A DNA stretch of 61,680 bases, filler included, from Rhabdomonas costata (taxonomy: Eukaryota): assembly GCA_019059605.1 (NCBI GenBank). It is 16 parts of 16 records of this genome, joined end to end, with 100 filler letters (N's around TTAATTAATTAA, not from the genome) between each part and the next. Parts side by side here need not be neighbours in the genome. Positions count along the whole stretch, not along the records: positions 11,597 to 15,358 come from JAHMHO010000539.1; positions 15,459 to 19,217 come from JAHMHO010000540.1; positions 19,318 to 23,075 come from JAHMHO010000541.1; positions 23,176 to 26,957 come from JAHMHO010000542.1; 12 more parts are not named here. One strand, given 5' to 3'. How positions within the stretch are numbered: the stretch's first letter is position 1; each line of letters opens with the position of its first letter. The translations under genes and the position numbers were made by a program. The notes beneath the pieces are model-generated. The model saw only the letters and a program-made list of their open reading frames with translations. It ran no database searches and had not been told where the DNA came from. This document shows, one piece after another, positions 12,331 through 25,400 of the stretch.

Positions 12331-13599
12331 GCAAGCCCCAGACGCTGGAGTCTCGAGTGCGATCGTGTGAGGACGAGTCTTCTGCCCGCACAGTGGAGAG
12401 TTTCTTTCAGTGGCACCTGCAAATCGCCTGTTTCAGCCGGGAGATGCTCAGGTTTTCTTCCGCTTCCGTGCCGGAGACAATGGGAGCGTGAAGCAGCTCC
12501 ACCTGCAGCTTTGTACTGACATCTCTGACATCAACACCACTAGCAGCGATACACACTGCCCCTTACCTTGCCACCTTAGCGTAGGATTTAGCGGCATCAC
12601 CATTGGGTTGCTCCATTACACCAACATCACACGCCAACGCTGGTAAGCTGACGTCACCCACCACAGTGTGCTCGTGCATTTCACGAGGCACTGCAAAATG
12701 ACGGAGCTTCCCAGATCGTCTCCCTCGAGGGACTCCACCCCTTCGCAGACAATGACTCTGAAATTGAGGAGTTCACCGAATGATCCCCACTTCAACTCGG
12801 GAGAGAAGCGAGGAGGACGAGGAGAAGGGTAACCAATCCCGGCCAGACCAGTGGCAAAGGACAAGCACCACAAAGTGGCTAGGGCGACCAAGCCCGACTA
12901 AGGGGAACGCTCTCTCCTTTGGGCCCGACGAGGAGGGAAGATGACACCTCGAATGCAAATGGCCGTGTTACGGATACACCCACAGAGTACGAAGTGAGAG
13001 GGTAGTTCCTACCTCCGGTGGTAGAAGCATACCCTGATGGTAAGAGTGAGCGTAAGGGTGAAGTGAGAGGGCCCCGCAGGGTGATGGGCGTTTCAGTCGT
13101 CATCCTTCTACGCATGGCTCCATGCGCTCCGACCCATGCTTCGCTCCCTACCCTGATGCTGAACCCATGCTAAGGTGCCCACTCCTACGCTAAGAGAGGG
13201 ATGCTGATGGGTTGATGCCCTTCTGAGACCGTAACCCTACGAGACCGAACCCCAAGGTAGGGATCTCAGCGTGACTTCGCCAAGGACGGAGTGAACATGA
13301 GGTCTTGCAGCGACCAGTTGCTGCGTGTCTCCAGATATCGATGGGTTGTGTTGGTGCTCCGTTGGTTCCTCTGTGTCTCCTGGATGGTAAGCGTGGTGTT
13401 CCTGGCTCTGTGTGGGTTCCTGCTGCTGTTGGTGTTGCCTCTGAGTCCATGCCTTCTGTGTGTCCTGACCTTGCTGCTACTGTGTGTTGACCTTGCTGTG
13501 TGTGGCTCTGGCGATGTTGGTGCTTGGTGTGGTGGTTCCTGCTTCGTGGATGCTGGGTGTATTGCTTCTGATGGTGATGCTTGGTGTGTGGTCCGACCT

Positions 13600-14440
13600 C
13601 TGCAGATGTGTGACGGTGTGGCTCTGCTCCATCCTCAGAAGCCGCCATTTCCTCACAGCGCCCAATGTATCGGTGTCCATTGTGCAGCTGGACCCCTTGC
13701 TCCGTCATCCCGTCACGCCGCACCTCGCACCGTCCCCGAACCCCGCTTCACCGGCAGTGTTTTCCTGGAACCACAAGAAGAGAACGCTCCTGCAGGTTCC
13801 GTATGGACCGATGGCTCCGTGGTTGCCCACTATGGAGGGGCGGCTGCTTACCAGATGACCAACCACCGCCATTTCCAATGCCAGGTGGTACGTCTCCGTC
13901 ACTCCACGCACTTCGAGCTAGTGGCGCTTTGTCTGGCCGCGAGGTTCCAGCCTTCACCTCCTCTTGTCCTCACAGACTCGCGCAGCTCTTTGCAGCTGAT
14001 CCGCTCTTGGAGTCGGCGGTCGCTGAGTTGTACGCTGTCTTGCCCAGAGTGCGCCTTGGTAAGGCAGTTCATTTCTTTGTGGGCCTCTGCCGGAGTCAGC
14101 GACATCTTCGTGGCGGACCTGCGCTTCGCTGACGCTGTCCTTGTCCATGACACCTTTGGGGCTTTGATCGAGGCCGTGTCCCAGGCAATAACCCGGTACT
14201 GGTGGGAGCTTCATCGTCGGGAAGGGTCTCCATCGGGCTGCCGCGACCACGTGGCTCGTTTTGAGTGGCATCCCTGAGCTCGTCCTCGTCCTCCAACGCC
14301 GCGCGCACTGCGCTGAGTTGTGCGAACCCGCGGCGACCACACGTCGGTTGTCTGTTGGTTGTCACTGTCTCCATGCGGGGTGGAGGAGGATCCTCGTGCA
14401 CCGTGAACTGCGTTGGGTGGCCACGGCCCCACCACGTCAA
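13600..14440 (+). mobile_element. Degenerate non-LTR retrotransposon RNase H region
   Basis: VWTDGS (13801)...GGAAA...FELVAL...LVLTDSRSSLQLIRSW supplies RNase H acidic residues D-E-D. The C-terminal H/D motif is missing, so the domain is truncated or deleted. Confidence 0.7.
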
Positions 14441-15769
14441 CCGTTGACAACATCTCGCCAGTCTATTGGCGACACCTTTCTTGTAGATTTGTGCATAGTT
14501 CCTGTTTGTGTTGTCTCCCCAGGCAGAAGTGAATGCCTGGTGGAATTATAGCCCACCGCTGTGAGGCACCCCGTTTGTGCGGGCATGCCCCTTGACGTGA
14601 CCAGGTAGTTAAACAAACGGCACAGTGGATAGCCGACAACATAGATTTGCCCGACAGGCCACCACCAATATTCTGGGAACCTTGGTGAGATTCACCCCGG
14701 CCGCAGACTGAGCGGGGTCCCAGAGTACCGTAGGGGCGTGCCTCGAGTTTGACGAGGGGGTTAACAACCGACACCGACCTGGGTCCAAAATGGGGTGTCC
14801 TGGGTGAAAAAACTGAAACTGACCCAACTGTTTTGAGGTCAGTGGGTCCAGAACCCGTTTTATACCGATTTGCAGCTTTTTGGGTGGTTTGACCTCTTTT
14901 TTCGCTGTTGTTTCTTTTTCCGCCCTTTTCAAAGAAGGGCGTTTTGGATTCCGAAGAAGCCAGAGCGGTGCCGAAGTCCAATGTCCAATGGGCCAATGAG
15001 TTCCAGCTCGCCCAGTGAAAGGGGAATGCTGGCTTTTCCCTTGACCGTCTGCTAAGGGAGAGTCAAGGCATTGACATGAAGCATCCCTCATGCAGCATAG
15101 GTGGGGTTCGTTCCCCGTCTCGTCCGATGCACGTGGTTCGGGGTGAGTTGCGGTCCTCAGAAGGGGCATGGCGTTCGTTTTTGAGTTTGATCCTTTCAGT
15201 ACTTTTGCCTTTTATATTCAACCATTCGGAAAGGAATTGTTCGTTTCTTGGTGTGAATTGATGGCACCCGTGTCCTCTGAGTTGCTCCAAGAAACGAACA
15301 ATTCCTTTCCGAATGGTTGAATATAAAAGGCAAAAGTACTGAAAGGATCAAACCACAANNNNNNNNNNNNNNNNNNNNNNNNNNNNNNNNNNNNNNNNNN
15401 NNTTAATTAATTAANNNNNNNNNNNNNNNNNNNNNNNNNNNNNNNNNNNNNNNNNNNNTGTGGGGTGTGTTTGGTGGGGGTGGTTTTTCGAGATGAGCAG
15501 TTGGCTGATCTCATGCGTCACCCCGACAGAGTGGTTGGGTCAGGCATCCCCGCCTGTGCCTTTGGCGCTCTTCGCTGGGTCTTCTTTGCACCTGTGGGGT
15601 TGAGGTCGACTTACCTAGGACCCTTCCCATCTGAAATCGGAGGATGAGTTCTGCGGGCTATCAGATGGGATGACCAAGTGCGGGGTGACGGATGGGGTGA
15701 TGGGTAAATAGGGGCATTGTTCAGCGTTCTCCGTAGTCGGGTTTTGGTCGCCCCTGGCCACTTTGTGGT

Positions 15770-15931
15770 ACCCTTCTCCTCGTCCTTCTCCAGGGTGAGA
15801 GAGAGACAGCGAGAGAAAGAGACAGAGGCAGAGTTACAGGCCTGGTTCTGGCTCGGCGTCACTTCGTCGTTTCGGACCTCCTTAGTCCTGTGACCTTCTT
15901 GGGCCACACCGCTCGAGGCTGCGCCTCCCAT
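15770..15931 (-). CDS. Probable first coding exon of a hypothetical protein (MGGAAS..., possible N-myristoylation signal)
   Basis: ATG follows a long pyrimidine tract, gives an MGxxxS N-terminus and has a GT donor after DEEK. No recognisable domain. Confidence 0.35.
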
Positions 15932-18900
15932 TATGCAAACAATACAAGGGGAAAGAAAAAAAAAGCAAAGCAAAACAAAAGCAAAGTGACAATCAGAAAA
16001 GGGGAGAAGGAAGGGAAAACATTGGGAGGTAAAGTTTTCTATGAGTGCTGAAGTTAATACCGGGTGTAAAGAGAGCTGTGAATTGAGAGAAAGGAGGAAG
16101 GAGTCGAGTGGGGATATCGCCGATAATGTCAACAAGGTTTTGTCCGCGCGGAAACCGTGCACAGGTGTCCGTGTCCGTTTGATTTGGTGACCACTGCAGA
16201 GCCCATCGCACTTCTTCGCTCCAGTCGGACGTGCTTATCGTCTGAACCACTTGTTATGTGAGAGTTGTTCGTGTCCCTTCTCTCTCTCTCTCTCTCATGG
16301 ACAGAAACCTCATTGCTCATGATTCGCTTCTGAAAACCACACGCAAACCACACTGTGGTGGAAGAAAGTCTGTGGCATCCACGGTGGCGGCTCCGCAGAA
16401 AGGTGAGCAAAATATAATGCAGCACAGCGTGTTGGACCCAAAGAGAAAGGTGAATGGATTGCCGAGGTGGCGACCCCGCCACGAGCTGTCATTTCAGAAA
16501 CCCAGTTTATCTGCAGACAGTGGGAACGCAAGGAAGTCCTTCATTGAGAAATGGCACGTTCCGCGCTGGCAGTGGGGGCAGTGAAAATGTCACCGAAGGA
16601 CCTCCAAAGCTCTTTGTTGTTCCATCCAGGAAATTCTTTACAGCTGCATGAGCGACTAAAAGCAATAACAGCAGGGTTGGCCATCTTTTTATGTTTTTTT
16701 TTGGGAAAATTTATTTAAGGTCCCCCTTGGCTATTCACGCCGAGCGTCGCGGCCTGAGCCAAACAACTGAGCGCCATAAACGTTCGCCGGAATTGCAACA
16801 GTACGGGGCTAAGGGGCGGTGCACGTACGGGGTAGGGGTGGCTCCGCTGCCGTTAGGTCCGTTCCGAAGTTTGATGCGGAGAGTTCGCTACGCAACAAAC
16901 ATGAGCCTTGAAAGGGAAAAGAGGCTCGGTTTGCTGGTCCGTCAACCCTGCAGAAGTTATGAGACAGAAATACGGGTGAACGTAAAAAAAATGGTGAGAA
17001 TGTTGCAACGTTGCAATGTTGCAATGTTGAACGTCCCTTTAGGATCCTTTGCAGGGAACCCATTGCACAAATGCTTCAATGCCGTGGCTGCTCTGAAACC
17101 AGGGACCTGGAGTTTGTGATTCAGTTGAGCCACTCGCAGGTCCCAGGGACATGCTGCTGAGTCAGTGTTGGAAATCGCATTTATGGGCTTCAGCAGCAAA
17201 CCTAAAAAACAGGTTGCACAGCCTTTGACGACCATTGTACCCGGCCCAGCGTTCACAGCTTCCTCTTTCAACGAGTGATTCATTCTGCTGCTCGCCCCAG
17301 ACCTGTATGGCTGCTCACACGGAAGGGCCAACAATCGTGTTGGGCCACTCGGGCATGTGGAACATTCTTGGGGCGGTGAAGGGAAGGTGTCCCTTTCAAG
17401 GCGACCTCTGTTCTAATGGCGCTCACAAGCACCAAGGTAAATCCTGAAGCAAACCACGACAGCTACACCACACAACAAACACCCGCTTCGAGTCCCACAA
17501 GCTGCAACCCAGTTCCTCCTTTGCAATCAAACCTCAAGCGCAACCTCCCCACCTTTCCGCAAATCCCCCCCAAGCCGACGGGGGGTGCTATTTCCTGTGA
17601 CACACAGGGCCACACAAAGGGGAACCCGCCTCCTGTCACCTCTCAAAACGCTCTTCCACAGCCCAAAGCATACGCCAAGGGCCATCCCACACCCTCCGAT
17701 CTTTCCTGGGAAAACGGAATGCGTTGCGCAGAGGCCGAGGGACTTGAGAGCCCCACCCACAAACACGCAAAAGCGGGCGGGACACCCCACCCACTCACAC
17801 ACAGAGTGAGCTAACCCATACCGCGGCTGAGCATGTCTTCTCCCTCACCCGCCCAGCTGTCGGCTCGCCGAATCGCCCAAAGAGAGGAGGGGGCCCTTCC
17901 CCTGCCTTCTCAAGCAGTGCTCCATTACACACACCTCCGAAAACCGAGGTCCTGCTGCGCGCTGCTTTTGCCCCACTCACCGTCAGACACTACGATGGGT
18001 GTCGTTTTGAGCATACTGGCATACTAGGACATCATTACTTTTTTTAACCGCTTACCCCTTTGTCCTCCGTCCCCCTTGTCCTCTTTCGAGCTCAAACCTA
18101 TACAAACATTCACACTGTCCTAGTTACCCAAAACCAATCAAACCAATGGCATATCCATACTTCATGTTGCTCTTGCGCACTGCGCCAGAGCACAGTGGGT
18201 GACAGCCCCGGTTCTGACTCATCCCACAATGCATCGTACATTGATTTTCTCTCTCTCTTTTCAGGCATGCTGTCCCAACCCCCTTCGATTTACCACCACG
18301 GGACTCACGGTGGCTTTCCACCACGCAAAAGGGTTTTGAAAGTCCTAAAAGTTCTATAATCCTTAGTCTGGGCGATGGGCAATGGGTGGAACACGGTACC
18401 GAAGGTGACCAAACGTCTGTTAGCATGGGGGGAGGTAGCGGATCTTCCCTTTCTCGAATACTTAAATTATAGGTTTTGCTCGACGTGGAGGCGGGATATC
18501 CGCCACGGAGCGACGAAGCGCGCAGCAGGTCGATCACACACATCTCTACACTCACAAAAACCGCGCCCGCTTCTTTGCGGGAGGTCAACTTACCACGCTG
18601 AGAGCCCTTCTGTTCCACCTCCAGCACACAAACACACACACCCCTGTTCCCCACTGCTCACTCTCTCTGGGTGTGTGTTTTTCCCTCTCCCTATCACTCA
18701 CTGGGGGTTGTTGGCGAAGTGGGCCTCCAGAAGCTTGGTGTACTGCCGGAACACGAAGTCTCCCAGCTCCGCTCCTGAGAAGGAAGGGGCAAGATTTGAA
18801 GAGGGCAGTCCCTCAACAGGAAACACACGAAAGAAAGGGACTTTGGGTTCGAGGCGAGACTGCTGCCCCGCTGTTACATGTGTCTGGAATCTGCTAGCGG

Positions 18901-20289
18901 ATGCTGCGCTCCTATCAGAGCACAAAAAAAGTATGAGTGTTCTCATCTTTCTGCCTCGGGGCCAGCACCAATGGTCAGGGGTCACCGGGACCACTAATTT
19001 CGGTTCAGATCTTAACGTTTTTTTTTGATGAGTTCCGGGGTTGCCATTTTTTGGTGTTTTGAATTTATCGGGGACGTCTGTTCGAACCTTACGCATCGCG
19101 AATATCGGTCCGGTGCATTTTTGGGGTGGGTGGCTGGGTGGTGTTAAATAGTTAATGACTCTGGTTTAATGACGTTGAACAACGTTTTCTATTGAGGTAC
19201 CTTTCCTCGGTATTTCTNNNNNNNNNNNNNNNNNNNNNNNNNNNNNNNNNNNNNNNNNNNNTTAATTAATTAANNNNNNNNNNNNNNNNNNNNNNNNNNN
19301 NNNNNNNNNNNNNNNNNGGGGTTTGTTACAGAGATCCTCCATTGAGCAATGTTGTACAATATTGGTAGATATTGTTTTGGAAACACTGGGATCAAATTCC
19401 AAGGAATTGGCAGCACAGCACTATAATATAACCAGAAAATTTTAGACAAACAGAAAGGTTAAGACTTGTCTCGCGAACGTTTGTGCTGATATCTGAGTTC
19501 ATGGCGTTGTCCAGCAGAGACCGTGCATATGTTACCATGGGAATCTGTGCACCGTACGAACGTAAAAACGCCGGCTTCCCTCCGCAAAAAAGGACTACTC
19601 GGAGCTCAGCAAGGATAGCATCTCTCGAGTTTTGCAACCCTCCTGTCCCAGCTCATTATACTTCAGGGATGCCTCTGCCTTAAGTTCTTTCTCTGTCGCA
19701 GTGTGCCAAGACACACACAAAAAAGCCGTCTTCAAGGGAGAAATAAGCCTGCACCGAGCCACACGAAAAATGATTTGAGGATGAAACCCAGGTGCAGCTC
19801 TCCCAGGTCTTTCTCACCCACAACAACGGGGTGCAACTTATGCGGTGACCCACACGGTTTGTGCAGTAGCACACAGAGAATACAAATATGAAGGGTTGGT
19901 TGAGCGGCAATACTCGCACCCAAAAATGATTAGATGATCAAATTTTGGCCTCCGCCTCTAAGCTAATGTTGTGCCAATAGATCAACAATGTCCGAAACGT
20001 TTAAGCCCCACCACCCAAAATACAATTGCTCCCCATACAGACACGTATTCCCAAGGCCCTGACCTCGTGGTATTCTTGTCTCATCTTCGACTCAGTGCAG
20101 GTCTACAAGCTCTCAGCGAACAAAGTATTCAGTGCAGTTTGGAAGTGGGCAGGGGGACAAGAACGAAGAACAAATGACACAAATGACATTCTGCACAAAA
20201 GCATCGACGTGGGCTGCACTTGGAAGCCAAGCTGCAGGCTGAAAATTGTGTGACGATGTGGTAGTGCGGGGGGGGGGGTCGAAGCCCAC

Positions 20290-20831
20290 CCGCTGAGGGT
20301 GTGCTGAAGGACGTTGTTGCTGTAGGTGCGGCAGGCGTAGTCCCCCAGCAGGGGCTCGGAGGCCAAGTGAGGGAAGGCCCCACCAAAGCGCTTGCTGGCA
20401 AACTCGTCCACTAGCTGCAGAGCTTGCTTCTGAACTCGAGTCACGGCCTGAAGGGCCTCCTTATGCGCAGTGTGCGCAACTTTCTCCGCCACCGATGACA
20501 GCTTACCTTTGTGTTTTTAGGGTGGGGTGGGAGGCGAGGAAAGGGAGTGTGCCATAGGAGAGAATTCGTGTCCACGTGAGCCAGTGTGGAAAGTCGCACA
20601 CAAAAACCCATTTCTATGAGGCTTCTGAAAGGCAGGTCTGATTGTGTGGTTATGTCACTGCACGGTAATGAGCTAATGTGGGTAAGCGTGAGACTACGAA
20701 GGGCTGCAAGACCTAGTGAACCTCCCGAACTCAACGATTGCAAGGATTAGACTCACAAACCAAGGAGCCCAGGCCCCTTCTCCTCAGAAGCCCTCTTCAG
20801 TTCAGCCTCCTTGAGGGCCAATTGGTCCGCC
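20290..20831 (-). CDS. Probable exons of an unidentified spliced gene
   Basis: GC-rich, codon-like segments (ADQLALKEAELKRASEEKGPGLL; LVDEFASKRFGGAFPHLASEPLLGDYACRTYSNNVLQHTLS) with nearby cag/gt sites. No domain recognised. Confidence 0.35.
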
Positions 20832-22234
20832 TGCAAGGCAAGAAATTCACAGAATAGGGAGAGGCGGGGGAAGGGGGGAGACGACAGGAGAGACTTAAAG
20901 CCCGGAAGAACAGGCAGGAACGGAACAAATGGCCACGGCAGCACTGGTGCTGACACTGGTGTACTGGAGCTCAACAAAATGCTCAACCAAACTCACCGCG
21001 GGCCCTGACATTATCCCCCCCCCATCACAAGTGAGCACCAAGTAGAAGGTTCTTGTAAAGCAGTGTGCGTGGGCAGTGGCCGGGAGGTGCCCAATCCAAG
21101 CAAGGCACTTTACGGTCACAAGAAGCACCCGGGCCAACTTGTGATTCAAACCGTTCTTGCTGCAGTGCTTTTCAACAACCGAGGGGGAATGCAAGAGGGA
21201 ACATGGCGAAGCTTTTAATGTGTCTGCCACGGGCCCCCCAAAAGACAACAGAGAAGGGCCACCGGGGGGTTAGCTCTTTCAGGGGCACGGCCAGGGACAG
21301 AAAGGCTGACACTGGCACAGATTTCGTCGATCTCAGCAGTCACGAGAATGGTGTGTATGTATGATTCTTTGAGTGTGTGATTTGCCACATCTATGAATAC
21401 GTGTTTATGTGTGCGCTTTGCCACATCCCAGATACCCGTCTCAAGTGAACAAAAGTATGCGCGCTGTGGATGAGCAAAGGTGTGGAGGAGGGGGAGCCCA
21501 CACTCTTTCATCTCCCATCGCCCGAGAGGCCCAAGAGATGAAAAAAGAGAGACGACGAGAAGGGGAAATCACATGAGGTTAGCACAGGAGGACTAGCAAG
21601 GAGGGGAGAAGACGGCTGAACCTGCCCAAGAGTCTGCCGTCACGGGAAGGCAGCGGAAAATCTCGAATTCAAAAAGCACCACGGGGCAAAGAAAAAGAAT
21701 TCACAAAAAGAGACAATACCACATTTCGCTCGAAGGCCCTCTCGTGGGGTTTGGCCGTTCCGCAGCGCTTGTGTCCGGATGGCACACTCGCTCACGCAAT
21801 ACACACAGTCGTGGAGGGAGAAACAGAGAAAGCAGGCAGGAAAAAAAGGGGGATTGGTGCTGGCATTCCATGGGCAGGAGAAGAAGGTTAGGGGCGTTGC
21901 ATTTTCCTCCTCGCTGGGTGTTTAATTCCAAGTTTCCAAGTTCTTGGGAGGTGCGTGGCAAGCGTATATTAGGCTGGTCTGTAGCAAAGTATCCAGCATA
22001 ATAGCTCTGTTACGTCCACTGTGGCTGCCAAGGCTGTGTGAGAGAGAGCACCGTTCTCGACGTCTATCTTAATCATTGGCCTTCCATCCATTTTCCGTGG
22101 GGAGGTGTGGGGCACAGAATGGAAAAACGATGCTTGCAGGCAGTGGAGGAGTATTTTGAGGTGACTTCTAGAAGCAGAGACGCAGAGGTCATCCAAGTGC
22201 ACACTCCTCTCCTTCCTTCCCAACTCCGGCACAC

Positions 22235-22460
22235 CCCCTTCCACATTGACTTCCACTTCCTCTCGCGCTGCTGCGGGGTCCTGGCCTGGTGCAGCTGGGT
22301 CAGCAGCTCGCTGCCCAGCACCCCAACCGAGCCCCCGTGCTGGCGCACCAGGTGGCCCAGGTAGAAGTCCACCAGCTGGGTGTTCTGGAACAGCCCGCGA
22401 GTGCGCAGGCGATTCAGGTCATCCTCCCCGAGGATCAAGTTGCCCTCGGTGTACAAAAAC
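22235..22460 (-). CDS. Exon of a Ulp1/SENP (C48) protease-like protein
   Basis: AG/GT-bounded exon reading LILGEDDLNRLRTRGLFQNTQLVDFYLGHL, similar to the L...DL..L....LND.IIDFYL..L start of C48 domains. The catalytic H-D-C residues were not located. Confidence 0.55.
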
Positions 22461-25400
22461 CTGCGCGGAGCACAACCTACCGCGGCTTGGAACCATAGGA
22501 GGGGCGTGTTGGAGGAAGATCTGGGGCTGTTCCATAAAACGAGCCACGGGCCACAAACTGACGGTGCAGACTGACCACACATGAAAGCAGAAGCGTGTGG
22601 TGGGTCGCTAACAATTGCACACAATCAGGCAGAGAAAGAAATCCCGGTTTTTTGGCACGGTAGTGTGGGCATGCATGTCCCTGTTGATATTTCTTTCTTC
22701 CTCCAGATGGAGGATATTTGCTTTCTCGGAGGGTTGCGGGTCCACATCGCTCCGCTCAAGCGCAACGTAAGGTGGAGATTGCTTTGACTTTAACTCGGTG
22801 AAAGTCCCCAGGAGCACGCAGGGGGGAAGCCTCGGTTCCATTGACCAGGCGTGGGGTATGCATCACTTCGATAGCAAGCTGCACCTTGAACTAAGAGTTT
22901 TGCCACACCACCTCACGGGATGCCGCGAAAGACCAGCCAGTTTCGGGGTGTGCTACTAGGCTTTGTTTTTTTTGCTGTTTAAGCAGAATGCGCTGACCTT
23001 CACCTGTTGTCCCCTCGTTACCAGCAACAGGCTTCTCCTTAGGTGTCACTCTCACCTAAGATCCTCAAACAAAAANNNNNNNNNNNNNNNNNNNNNNNNN
23101 NNNNNNNNNNNNNNNNNNNTTAATTAATTAANNNNNNNNNNNNNNNNNNNNNNNNNNNNNNNNNNNNNNNNNNNNGTGTTTTTTGACAGACTCCTCTGTG
23201 GCGGCGGGTCTTGGGCTGGGACCAGAAGGAGGGTGCGGAGAAGAGCATGGCCCTGTCCAGCCACCACTGCGAGGAGTTCATCGTACATCGGATGGGTGCG
23301 TTTGTTTTGAAGAGGGTGCAAGCGAGCATCAGAGAGGGATGGAAAGTAATTGCTCAAGTCACGCACCTGGTGCTGTCCCCTCATGCCGGTTCATAATACC
23401 CTCCCACCCTCCTTCGAGTTCCCCAAGTTCTCGTTTTGGGGAACCTCAGAAGCTGGAGTGGTATTGATGTCTTGATGTCGCCTCGTTGGTGGTTTGACAA
23501 AGGGAACTAACGTTTGAGCACCACACGCAAATGAACATCTCGAGTTTTGTGCGTTTGCAGCTACAGCCGGGGCTTGTTTTGGTATTGTCAGCAGCCTCTT
23601 CCTGGGTGACAAGTTGTATTAAAGTTTGCGGTGCACTTACTATAATCACATAGGAAATGGCTGCGCTTTCCAGCTGGCTGAGGGTTCCGAGGGCGAGCCT
23701 CCACTGTGGCTGGCCGAATCTGGAGGCAGGCTGGTGTGCGTGGCGGCCTGCTCAGACGCGTGCAAGTTTCAATTGCGGTGGATGGGAGACAGCGATGATG
23801 GCAGCGGCAGCGGCGCAGCCGCTCTGGAGACCTGGAACGGGCTCTGGGTTAGTGGAGGTCTGTCCCCAGAAGTCCCCCACCCCCACCCAGTGCACTGACC
23901 ACTGACTGGGGGAGCGTCCACTGCAAAGGGCATTAAGGTTGGATTACTCTTTTGCATGTCTACCCTGTCTATGTTGTGTGCGTACGTTGCGATCGCTTCG
24001 GGCCATATCTATCTGTTGGTCTTTGCACTCGCGCCCACCCATTTCTTTCATTCAAGACGAATTCTCTTAAAGAAATAGTACTATCACTTTTTGAACGCAC
24101 ATCGTGTTATTCTTCTTAGTTTTCTTGGTCGCTCTTTCTCGTGGTCTCTTGGTCACTTTGGCAGACCCCGTGCTCAGCTCCGCCCTGGAGGTGCGGTGCA
24201 GCCCCACCCTCTGCCCCACCACAGACCTCTTCTCGGTCCTTGTGCTGCCTTCCTCCTCCCCTGAGGCCGCTGCTGGGCTCTCGCCTGTTCCTTGCGCCCC
24301 CTTCGCTAGCGCCGCCCCTCCCCTGTTCTGCCCTCGTAACTGCGCCGCGTTGGCGCACCCGTCGCCGGGATCCACCACTACAGCACCGTTGGGCGAGGCA
24401 GGGCTGCTTGGATCTCTCGGGAGCCTTCTGGTTTTGGGGTACGAAGCCGTCTGTGCTGGCCTCCTGAGCCTGGGTTCCCCTCCGTCTCCATCTCCGGCCT
24501 CCACCTCAGGTACCCCGCTTTCTTTTCCCGAGTGCCGCAGACAGCCTTCCTGAAGCTACGCTCATTTGGGGGCAATCTGAGGGCCTTGGTTTGGTCTCCA
24601 AGTTAAATGCATTGCAGTGCGCTTCACCATCCTCCAGTTTGCTTCTTTATTTGCGTTTTTTTGTTCCTCCCATCGCTCCTCATTTTCTTCGAGAGCGCAC
24701 GCAAACGCCCACACTGGAATGCTAGATTAGTGGGGGAGGGTCGTTTTTGAATATGCACTGAAAATCGGCCCATTTCCACTTCAAAGTGCCAGCTTCACTT
24801 TTTGGCCGTTGTGGTCACAACACAAAGCGTTTCACCTCAAACCCAAAGTTCTGCATAATCAACCAACCAGCTAACAAGAAGGCTGACGAAAAACACAATA
24901 AGCGATGATCCGTGTGCAGTTTTATTCTGTCGACTTCAAACAAGGACAAAGTCACGTCGGTCTCACTTTACTTCCAGAAAATCCATGCAAAGATGTGCAA
25001 ATTCATACAGCCATTGCCTCAATTAAGGCGGAAAATACCGGAACTGAATCCCTTAAACGCTGAAAGTCCTGAAAGCCCAAATTGCTTTGAAAACGTTTTT
25101 GGATCTCTCAGTTTTGATGTGATACGGGTAATACATAGAAAGCAACATCTTTGCAAGAATGTCTCATCCTCAGCCGTGCTGCAGACAAACGACAAACGAC
25201 ATAGCTGTTTCCTCCCCCGATGTTCGGTGTCCGACTTGGTGCATTTCTCCGCAGGACAATTCTCGGGTGGTACGGAGGAGGACCTGCGGGGCCTTCCGGC
25301 ACTTAGGGATGCCCTGAACGCCGCCTGCCAGGCTGGGGATGAATCCAGAGCAGCCCTTCTGCGGCAACGGATTGCGGGGCTGCAGCGCCAGACCCTGCCT

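Noticed and set aside
15185-15353. Perfect terminal fold-backs (also 30655-30820, 42277-42387, 49932-50090)
   Set aside because: All abut contig ends and finish in C/A-rich primer-like tails. They look like amplification hairpins, not viral telomeres or terminators.
15593-15615. Possible 23-nt GT-AG micro-intron on the minus strand
   Set aside because: No protein homology supports the flanking exons, and it is much shorter than other introns here.
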